Below are positions 10,305 through 19,060 of a stretch of 64,000 bases of DNA, piece by piece. The notes beneath the pieces were generated by a model, which searched no databases, had not been told where the DNA came from, and saw nothing but the letters and a program-made list of their open reading frames with translations. This DNA is from Andalucia godoyi And28. Lineage: Eukaryota; Protista; Jakobida. The first letter of the stretch is position 1. Each line of letters begins with the position of its first letter. The position numbers and the translations under genes were made by a program. The stretch spans positions 115,035 through 179,034 of the forward strand of contig VRVR01000020.1 in the NCBI GenBank assembly GCA_009859145.1, given 5' to 3'.

Positions 10305-10685
10305 ATCGGAAAAAGGAACGTGCAAAACAACAATATTCAAAGACGGATTGAAATTACTGGAAATAAATAATGGAAAACGGAAATGATGAGGTTCTGTCGA
10401 TAAAGAAACTAACGCAAAAAATGCAACGCAACCACGCAACCATGCACTTTGAACAGCTTTTTCTCTTTATTTTCTTCTTTGTTTTTCTTTTTCTTTTTTT
10501 CGGTAGTGATGTTGCTGCAGCGATGTGATCAAGTTGAGAAGTCAAACAAACAGCAACGCGGATAAAAAGCGGGACGCCATTTTTCGCGAACCATTGTGAA
10601 CTCCTCCTCTTGAGTCGCTCAGCAATGCAATTGTGGACGAGAATGCCCAAATCAAAGCGCGAGTCAGCCGGAAATCGCATGCCGC

Positions 10686-11214
10686 TGAATAATAACACGT
10701 CATTGTCATGCATACGGAAAAGTATCCATAAACAGACACGGTCGATACTGGCCGACACTAGCACGTTTTGTTTCACAGGGAATTCGTGCTTACGCACGCT
10801 CGGCCAAAATTCAGCCGGTGGCACAGGCTCCGCATTTTCGACACGATTTAAGGCAGCATCCGTAGCCATCTATTCTATCATTCGTTGGTTTGGTTTTTTG
10901 GTTTCACTTTTTGCAACGTTTGTTCCATAAGGCGACCGAGTATCGCGAGCGCCATGTTGCCATCGTGACGGAGGAGTGCACGTCCCATACGTGCGGGCGC
11001 TGCAGTGAGATCCATGCACGTCGAGGCGGAAGCAAAATGTTTGCATGTCCCGCGTGTAGCTCGCAAATTGATCGAGATTGGGAACGGAGCGCAGAACATT
11101 TATCTGAAGAGCGCCGTGAGGCGTGTTGGGGCCTATCCCCTTCCTGGCAACGGGATGCAAGATTGAATATGCATGTCTATTCGTAGATATGCATGTTCAT
11201 TGTATATTGCAGGG
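10686..11214 (+). mobile_element. Decayed, internally deleted IS607-family element with Fanzor2 (TnpB) pseudogene, copy 1
   Basis: 10890-11082 reads FWFHFLQRLFHKATEYRERHVAIVTEECTSHTCGRC...GGSKMFACPACSSQIDRDW. A +1 frameshift then gives NGAQNIYLK. This is the TnpB/Fanzor E-x-x-TS, zinc finger (CxxC...CxxC) and DRDxNGAxNI signature. Confidence 0.88.
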
Positions 11215-12144
11215 CGAATTCCTCACAAGAAGCAGTGGACACCTGAAGTTAATGGATTGCCCCTGTCTCATATTTCCGACAGTTTGATTGCCATGTCGAG
11301 CATTATCAGCCACTGAGCATCCAATGTTGGTGCAGTGTCGCGGTGAAGCGTGGTCTTTCACTTTTTGTTTTTGCAACAAAAACAAAACCAAAACCACAAA
11401 CAAAAAAACACGGTGATTCAAGAGGAGGGACCTGCAGGATGGGCAGCTGTCAAACGCCTCTGTTCTGCGTCGGGTGTTGCGCCAACCTCCGTTAGCTGGC
11501 ATGCAGTATTCGTTTTCGTGTACTGCAGATCCGTGTATGATGCTCGCTTGCGTGAAGCCTGCAACGGGGTCTGTGCTGTGAGACAACGTAACCGTGCGCT
11601 TCAGGGACGTGTGCTCTTGTCGCGATCCAATGAAGAGTGATGAATGTACATCTACCCAACATTGGTTGCGTGTGAGCGACTGTTATTGGTTTTGTAAATT
11701 GAAATCAAGAAGAGAAAACGTGATGCATGTGCAAACATCATACGACGCGAAGCAGAATTGCATGCCGCTGAACGTCTTGCCGATGTTGGTAAATCTGCGT
11801 GCGCCAACTCAGGCGTTCAGCCAAGACGGAGACTTGGCCGTACCATAAAAGTATCACACGGTATTCCTTACAGAAAAAAGAAAAAGAAGAAGAAAGGAGA
11901 GAAAGACGCAAAGAGAGAAGAAGAGAAACATGAAAAGAGAAAGTCCGCAAGAGACAGCGCGAAGACTGCATTGTATTCTGACAGCGCGTCTACACATGTC
12001 AACCACCATTTCGAATGAAATACTTGAACGGTAAAAAGGTCAAAAGCTTGTCGTGGGGCTGCGAGAGCGCTTCCCGGGCCTCGACCCGAGTGCTTTTGTT
12101 TGCCAAACCCCCCAAAGTGAACGACAAAAACACGATGTGTACTC

Positions 12145-13533
12145 ATGGTGCTCCGAGGATCTAGAGCTTCGTATCCGCAGCCTCCGATCTCTGCTCTATA
12201 TTTTGGTGCATTGTTCACTCTTGCGAGCGTTTGCTTCTGCCTGTTCCGAGATGCCATCAAAGATGAACCGTGCGTGGATGAGTTTTTCCACTTGTCTCAA
12301 ACAAGAGCGTACTGCACGACGCTGAGTGCGAATTGGAACTCCAAAATCACCACTTTTCCAGGGCTGTACTGGTTTGCGGTCATGATCCATCGGCTCGCTC
12401 CGTTTCCTCTGGAATGCTCAAACACATCGCTGCGGCTTATCAATCTCATCTTTTTCGCACTGCTTTCCGTTCTCTTCCCACGTGTGTTGTATGTGCAGTC
12501 TCGCTTCAAAAACCTTGGTTCTGTTTTGAAGTATTCAGCCATGCTGATGCTGTTCCCCGTCTTGTACTTCTTTTTCTTTCTCTTTTATACGGATGCCGGC
12601 GGACTGTTTTTCATTCTCTTAACACTCTATTTCCATGAAACGCAGCGGTTGCGGTTGGCTGCTGTTTCTGGACTTTGGGCGGTATTGTTTCGACAAAATA
12701 ACATCATATGGGTTCTCACATTCTGCCTTGCAGATGTTATGGCGGACTTCGCTCCAGTGTTCCTGCGCTGCCGGTCTCGCTTCGAAGGCGTGCGCCGATT
12801 TCCTGCATTTGTTCTCGGAAATCTGTGGAAATTGGCTGGAAGATTTTCCTCACAGATCTTGCTATTGCTGGGATTCTTCGTTTTCTTGGTCTGGAACGAC
12901 TTTTCTACCGTGCTGGGTCACAAGGAATTTCATGAGAACAAGTTGCATTTGTCGCAACTTTTGTATTTTTCCTTTCTGTATGCCACGAGTACTGCGTTCT
13001 TCTTTGTTGACTCTGTGTACGCGAGGCGATTCTTTGCATTTGCAGCTCGGCATCCCATATTGGTTGTCGGAGCGTTTGCGTTCTCTGCAGCAAGCCTTTG
13101 GTGTTCATTTCACGTTCATCTGTTCCTATTGTCGGACAATCGACACTACATGTTCTACTTGTTTCGATGGATCATCAACCGGACTCCTTTGACCAGGTAT
13201 CTTTTGGTCCCGTTGTTTGCTCTCTCACTTGTGAAACTAGTGTTTGATGTAAGTTTACTGGACTACAATAGGAAAGCCAGGGCCATGGGTCTGCTACTGG
13301 GCACTGCACTGTACCTGGCTTCTGCGGTCCTCGTGGAGTTCCGGTATTTCATCGTGCCGACAATTTTGCTCATGGTAGCCGTCTATCCCGTCGGCTCTTC
13401 CTTCGTGCGCTTCTCTGCAGGAATTTGGCTAAATATCCTTTGCTTTGCGGTAGTGAACGTCACTGTCATTCTGGTGTTTCTGGAATACACGTTTGTGTAC
13501 ACTGATCTGTCTGTTGGCCGTTTCATGTGGTAG
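12145..13533 (+). CDS. ALG10: Dol-P-Glc alpha-1,2-glucosyltransferase (DIE2/ALG10)
   Basis: Motifs DEFFHLSQTRAYC, WNSKITTFPGLY, FLFYTD, FRQNNIIW, DNRHYMFY and VEFRYF; polytopic membrane protein. Confidence 0.93.
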   Translation: MVLRGSRASYPQPPISALYFGALFTLASVCFCLFRDAIKDEPCVDEFFHLSQTRAYCTTLSANWNSKITTFPGLYWFAVMIHRLAPFPLECSNTSLRLINLIFFALLSVLFPRVLYVQSRFKNLGSVLKYSAMLMLFPVLYFFFFLFYTDAGGLFFILLTLYFHETQRLRLAAVSGLWAVLFRQNNIIWVLTFCLADVMADFAPVFLRCRSRFEGVRRFPAFVLGNLWKLAGRFSSQILLLLGFFVFLVWNDFSTVLGHKEFHENKLHLSQLLYFSFLYATSTAFFFVDSVYARRFFAFAARHPILVVGAFAFSAASLWCSFHVHLFLLSDNRHYMFYLFRWIINRTPLTRYLLVPLFALSLVKLVFDVSLLDYNRKARAMGLLLGTALYLASAVLVEFRYFIVPTILLMVAVYPVGSSFVRFSAGIWLNILCFAVVNVTVILVFLEYTFVYTDLSVGRFMW

Positions 13534-13559
13534 CCAAAATTGCTATTATCGTTTGCTTT

Positions 13560-14015
13560 TTACAATGCAATGGCGGCCATTAAACAGAAGGATGAGATGA
13601 CAAGAGATTCGATGATCCCTTCTGGTCTGGATGCGTGCTCGTCGGAATGAATGTCATGCGCACGGCAGCTGGTTTTGGAAAGTACTGGAAGATCATCTTC
13701 GTATCGATCCAAGTTCAGCAGCATGCAGTAGACTCGACTGTGTTCATTGAATGTTTGGCACGACTCCAAATCCCAGAAAGCGTCGTGTCTGTCATCAGAC
13801 TGCAGGAATCTCTGGTTCATGTAGCTGTGCGAGACCAACTCCTTCACGCACTCTGGACAACTTCTTAGACAGGGAAATGTGTCCTGGAAATGCAGAGATG
13901 TTTGGTTGCAGTGGGCAGTTCGAGAATTGACCGCCCAGCTTGTGCATTCCAAAGCACTGGAGGATCCCACTATGTACGGCGAAATTAATGCAACCAAGAT
14001 AACCGTGTAGATCAT
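13560..14015 (-). CDS. Small Cys-rich secreted, possibly GPI-anchored, protein
   Basis: From ATG 14015: signal peptide MIYTVILVALISPYIVGSSSA, 7 Cys in the ectodomain and a hydrophobic C-terminal tail. Confidence 0.55.
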   Translation of the reverse strand: MIYTVILVALISPYIVGSSSALECTSWAVNSRTAHCNQTSLHFQDTFPCLRSCPECVKELVSHSYMNQRFLQSDDRHDAFWDLESCQTFNEHSRVYCMLLNLDRYEDDLPVLSKTSCRAHDIHSDEHASRPEGIIESLVISSFCLMAAIAL

Positions 14016-15437
14016 GTCCGAACGCAAGCGTCTTTCAAGGTCCTCACAAACGGAAGATGAGGGAGGACGGGGGAAAAAGAATTTGAGAATCTGCAAAAGG
14101 CATAGTGCCCCGTTTTCCCGCAGTTTGTTTGCGGCTGTGAACCCCGCTTTGACGGGGAATGACGTGGTTTTCTGTTCGATAATCCTGTCAAATGCGTTTT
14201 TGCATTCTACTGCAGTTTCTGCGCCTTTGAAACGCCCGCAGCAAAAATAGTCCTGTGCTATGCGTGTCAGCCGCCGATATTGGCGTCCATAGATTCATTT
14301 TGGCTGCATCTGACGTTGCCGACAAGATTTGACATTTTCCTACTAATGCACTGCAAGACAATGATCTCTACGCCAAATCGGAAGCTGCCAAGTGTAGAAT
14401 CTTGGAGGGAAAGATCGGGGCACGCCCCTTGCATCGTTGTTTATGCAGAGATTCGATCAGTGTTGTTATCTTCCACGATTTTGAACTTTGGGATGATGAA
14501 ATGCATCCGAACAGTAGCAGCACCTCAAGTCGTTCATTTTCTTTTTTTCTTTCCCCTCCCTCCTGTCCTTTTCCCCCTACTCCGAATTCGTTGTTTGGTT
14601 TGGCTCTTAAAATACTTGCACAGGCGACGTGAAGGCATGTACTCGCATTTCCCATCCAAAATTGGCTGCTCATGATATCTTGCTTTCCCGGCCGTTCTGC
14701 TTCACGAGGCGCGTCGTTTCCAGATTCTATCCAATGCCACTTGCATATTGAATTCGGCGTATTCGTTTATTGGATTCCATTCGATTGTATCCGACAGTGG
14801 AATCACCACCACCACTCCCAAAAACCCCTCTCTGTAGGACAATGTTTATTTCCCGGAAAAAATTTAGCAAGAGTTTTTTTTGTTTCCTTCCCGCGGTGAT
14901 CACCGAAGTCTCAGACCGGGGGAATCGAACATCCGAGCGTTGCGGTGCCGGACAATGGACCATCCACCCAAGCCTGTCAAAAATCCCGACGAAAACCCTG
15001 GCGATCTTGTTCATGCGTGGTCGTACAGCGATCCATGCTACAAATCATTGTCGGACAGAATAATCACTAAGCGTTTCTGATTGAACAGAATTTTCATCAC
15101 TTACATCCGCACAATCAATAAAAGCCAGCAGAAAGGGACCGCGAAACCTTCTAATCCATCCCCAGAACTTTTAAAAACGAAATATTGGTATCTGTTGCAT
15201 AAACGGAGGACAGGGAACAAACAAGCGCTGGTGTTCGGAAGTGGAAAAGCTGATTTTTGAAAAGGGAAAAAGAAAGCGTGAGCAAAGTTGACGGGAATGT
15301 TCGACATTTTTCGACAGTGGAGGGGGGGGGAAACCCCTCGGAAACAAGCAGGACGAAAACTGAAAACCAACACAACGAATGCCGCATATTCTTCGTGCTT
15401 CGTTTACAAAGAAGCAGTCCGCCTCAGCACGTAGCAC

Positions 15438-15947
15438 ATGAAGCTTCGACGTCTGTCTCGGGGTGCGCCGGCAGCACTGGCTCTCGGTGTTGGAACGGTT
15501 GTGCTGTATGCAACGCAGTCTGAAAACCCTGCGGTCCTCAACTTCATTCGGTCCTCTGGTTGGGCCTCCTTGAAACCGCGTGTTTCAGAAGAGAAGAATC
15601 TTATTCCTGTTTTTGACGATATAGGGAAAATTCCGTATCCTGGTGACCAAGAGCAGTTTTTTAGTTTCATGAATAAGAGAATTCACGTTGCCGAAGTTCG
15701 GAAGAAAGCCGGGCTTGATGGATCTGGAAATCGCATGTCGGAAGCGGAGAAACGAGAGCTGCGGAACAATGAAGCAAGAGACGAACAACTGACAGAGTTT
15801 ATTTTGATGAAAATGAACGAAGATCCCAAAAGGTTCGAAGGACTATCGATCAATGACGTCAAGTACAGACCTTTTCGTCCCGCGGACTGGGAAACCCATC
15901 CTCGAGCTCAACAGTTGTTGGCAAACTGGGAGGCACGGTTTCGATGA
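15438..15947 (+). CDS. Hypothetical protein, probably mitochondrial with one TM segment (169 aa)
   Basis: Arg-rich N-terminus followed by hydrophobic AALALGVGTVVLYA; composition looks protein-like. Confidence 0.6.
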   Translation: MKLRRLSRGAPAALALGVGTVVLYATQSENPAVLNFIRSSGWASLKPRVSEEKNLIPVFDDIGKIPYPGDQEQFFSFMNKRIHVAEVRKKAGLDGSGNRMSEAEKRELRNNEARDEQLTEFILMKMNEDPKRFEGLSINDVKYRPFRPADWETHPRAQQLLANWEARFR

Positions 15948-15994
15948 ATGCTAGCATGACTTCAGCGATTTCTGCATATCCTGCTTTCCAATTG

Positions 15995-18900
15995 CTATCT
16001 ACACAACAATAGTTGATCAATCGTTGGTAGGATTTCGGAAGTCGCGTCTACTCGGAGACGATCCATGACTTGTTGCAGAACCTTTGAGGCCTTTGTCAGC
16101 ACAACAACCTGATTCTTGGAATCATCAACGGACTTCTTCATGTCCTCAATGCGCTTTAAAACGTGTGAGAACCGGGTGGAACTCGTGAGGCGATCAGTTG
16201 AACTTTGTGAGAATCCGAGGATCTCCAGCAACTGATCAAAGCGGGCGTCGAATCTAGTGAGTTTCAGGTAAACATCATTCAACCGAGGAATTAGGCAAAC
16301 TTTGGTCGAAACATGGAAGAGCACCATGATATGGGAGATGAGGTCTTCGTCTGATATACAAATACTTGTGGACGTTTCAACTTCCCGCTTTCTTGGGTCT
16401 CCTTCACCAGATGAACTCAGTCGCGCATTGTCAGAACTCGCCACAAACTTCGCAGTGCGAGAAATCCGAACACTGCCAGCAGAAGCATCTTCAGGCAACG
16501 ACGGAAGGATGGCTTTCGCACCTGTTGTCGGGTTTGTCTTCGGGCTAGTCGCTGGGCCTGAATTTGAAGTAGTGGAGGAAAAACACACAGGTACAACAAG
16601 CAGATTGGAGTCACCTCTAGAAAACACAGGAATTCCATCGACAACGGGAACATTCCCAATTCCTTCATCTACCCCGATAACAGGTGACGTTGATGCTTCA
16701 CACTGTGATTCTGCATCACACGCGTTTCGTTCAGGATGAATGTAGACGGCACCTAGATGACAGAAGGACAGATTTTTCCTGTTGTTCACGACAGGCTTTG
16801 ACGAGTGCGCCGTCTTCCAAACGGAATCGACAGATTCTGTGTTGACACCTCTGGTTGCGAATGATGCAAGCTGATCCGTGTCCGTCTTCTTGCTGGTCGA
16901 AAAGGGGGTGCTTTTGAAGGAGTCGAGACTCTTGGTCGACATTTCTACACTCGCCTGCACGGACGCTACTCGAATGGCAACCCTGTTGTCCACAGCAGCA
17001 TCACATACAGGAACATTCAGAGAGCTTGTTCCAGCGTTCTTCAAAACGGTGGACAAGTGCTCATCATGCTTTTCGATTTGAGTGGAGATGCTACTGACAG
17101 TTCTCTTTTGCGAAATCTGATTCTTGAGACTTTCAAGTTCGCAAAACAGCTCGTCCATGTCGGGCTGACGTAAGTCAGTGGCAGTGGCTACAGAATCGCA
17201 TTGATTGACAGTCTGCGCCAGTGCATGGTGGACATCTGGACTCGCTTGAACAGAGACGCTCACAAAATCGCTATCCGCAATGCTATCAAAAGAAACTTGA
17301 ACTGAAACATCGCTCGCAGCCTGAGACAACAGCAGCTGTCTATGCACTTGAATTTGTCGTTGCAACTCGGTCTGATTGCAGATAACCTCCTCAAGATTGG
17401 CAAGCAACTCCGCTCGTTCCGCTTGCAACGCCGAACGATCGCGCATCAGCGTGGAGACATCAAAATCGGATAAATCAGTCATGCAACTCTTTGCACAAAC
17501 ATCCACACTGCAATTTGAGGCCACGGACCTACAAAAGATGATTGGATCGCAGCCTTGGTTCTTCCGATTTGGTAACAGTGAAAGCACCTCCAATTGCGAC
17601 ACGAGATCTCGGTTGGCCTCCTTCAATAGAATACAAGTCTTGACAGTATCTTCAAATTCATCCATTCCAATATCAGTCGAAACTCCAGCAGAGAGAACTG
17701 GAACAACTGCTGCAGACCCGGTAGATACCAGAGACAAGGTTGCGTTCGCACCAGTGGAAACTGTCTCCACATACGCCTGAACCGCTTGTGAATGCCCGCT
17801 CTCTTTGATTTCCACGACAGCGTTGCGAAAGGCCTCCAATGCTCGAAGTTTTTCGATTTGCGTATCAAGGAAATCTGAAGAAACATCTGTCGATGCTTCG
17901 ACGTCAGACATCAAAGAACGCACCAACACGCCACGATGTTCCACGGACTTTTCATCACTCTCGGTCTGTTGCATCTTGTTGCAAGACAACGGTATAACTG
18001 GATGATCCGACAGAGTTGAAGTTGAAACGGAACGCGACAACAGCGGAGAACCAACGCTTCTCTCATTCGCTGGGGGCCGGGTCTGAACTCCGAAATGATC
18101 AACGTCAACTTCTAAAGTTTGCGACACTTTCTCCGACATCTCCCCTGCGTCTGATTGAGTGGATGCAAACGATAAATTCTGCCCTTCAACAATTTCATGA
18201 ATACGGAAGTCTTCGTCAACTAATTTGGAAAGTCTGAAAGAGTCTGCAGCGATTTTTTCGCTCTCGATCAGTCGAACATCTCGAGCAAGGTCGTTGATCA
18301 TTGCATCGTACTCGGGTCGACTGACATAATTGTGCCTGGTATGATTCTGAGCTAGCATAATCTTCTTTCCGAGAGATTCCCAGGCATCAAGTCTTTGAGA
18401 AAGTACAGAATCCACTCGCAGATCCTGCTTCGCAGGCGACGACTTTTGATCAAAAAGTATTTCAGCCAAGGAACTTTCCAGTTTCGCTTTTCGCTCTGAT
18501 AACACCTCTCGGATTTTGATGATCTCGTTCCAAGGAGATGCAGATCCCTTCTCAGGAGAAAAAAAAGTCGGTTGCGGGGGTTTGCTCTCTTGTGCTGCAA
18601 TTAAGGACATTATCTCCTCGCGAAGAACCTTCACAGAAGAATCCTCGAGCCCATCGAGCCTATCTAGCAGACGAACGATTTGCTGACGCAAAAAGGAGTT
18701 CTCTTCGTTCTTCGTCTCAAGAGACTTTGAAAGAAAATCAAGATCCGACGCAAGGAGCTCTTCACGTTGCTCGATGCTGTCCAGCGTCTCCAGAGTTGTT
18801 TTAATCAGCTCATCTTTGGCATTGATTTCATCACGAGTCTGGGCAAGGTGCATCTTCAAATCAGAAATCGTACGACGAGCAGTAAGTAGTTGCGCTCGAG

Positions 18901-19060
18901 CACCGTCAAGATCCAGAGTCATTGCATCGTACTCGACACGCAAAACGTGGAAATCTGTCTTTGCCTTGTGCATATCAACCGCAGCACGGGAAACTTCACG
19001 CTCCAATTCATCATTGCGGCTCTTCAATTCCAATATCTGTAACCTAGATTCCTCTTCCAT
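15995..19060 (-). CDS. Large coiled-coil protein with a CEP70-like C-terminal region
   Basis: N-terminal coiled coil from MEEESR (19060). The C-terminus LISHIMVLFHVSTKVCLIPRLNDVYLKL...LLEILG and EILPTIDQL resembles CEP70 by eye. Confidence 0.7.
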   Translation of the reverse strand: MEEESRLQILELKSRNDELEREVSRAAVDMHKAKTDFHVLRVEYDAMTLDLDGARAQLLTARRTISDLKMHLAQTRDEINAKDELIKTTLETLDSIEQREELLASDLDFLSKSLETKNEENSFLRQQIVRLLDRLDGLEDSSVKVLREEIMSLIAAQESKPPQPTFFSPEKGSASPWNEIIKIREVLSERKAKLESSLAEILFDQKSSPAKQDLRVDSVLSQRLDAWESLGKKIMLAQNHTRHNYVSRPEYDAMINDLARDVRLIESEKIAADSFRLSKLVDEDFRIHEIVEGQNLSFASTQSDAGEMSEKVSQTLEVDVDHFGVQTRPPANERSVGSPLLSRSVSTSTLSDHPVIPLSCNKMQQTESDEKSVEHRGVLVRSLMSDVEASTDVSSDFLDTQIEKLRALEAFRNAVVEIKESGHSQAVQAYVETVSTGANATLSLVSTGSAAVVPVLSAGVSTDIGMDEFEDTVKTCILLKEANRDLVSQLEVLSLLPNRKNQGCDPIIFCRSVASNCSVDVCAKSCMTDLSDFDVSTLMRDRSALQAERAELLANLEEVICNQTELQRQIQVHRQLLLSQAASDVSVQVSFDSIADSDFVSVSVQASPDVHHALAQTVNQCDSVATATDLRQPDMDELFCELESLKNQISQKRTVSSISTQIEKHDEHLSTVLKNAGTSSLNVPVCDAAVDNRVAIRVASVQASVEMSTKSLDSFKSTPFSTSKKTDTDQLASFATRGVNTESVDSVWKTAHSSKPVVNNRKNLSFCHLGAVYIHPERNACDAESQCEASTSPVIGVDEGIGNVPVVDGIPVFSRGDSNLLVVPVCFSSTTSNSGPATSPKTNPTTGAKAILPSLPEDASAGSVRISRTAKFVASSDNARLSSSGEGDPRKREVETSTSICISDEDLISHIMVLFHVSTKVCLIPRLNDVYLKLTRFDARFDQLLEILGFSQSSTDRLTSSTRFSHVLKRIEDMKKSVDDSKNQVVVLTKASKVLQQVMDRLRVDATSEILPTIDQLLLCR

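Noticed and set aside
11350-11850. Possible small gene or C/D snoRNA (GTGATGA 11637 ... CTGA 11768)
   Set aside because: No convincing terminal stem or rRNA-complementary guide, and the ORFs are short and unrecognisable.
14909-14973. tRNA-like segment on the minus strand with B-box GTTCGATTCC
   Set aside because: About 63 nt long, with two mismatches in the T-stem and no anticodon arm. At most a decayed tRNA or SINE head; tRNAscan-SE would settle it.
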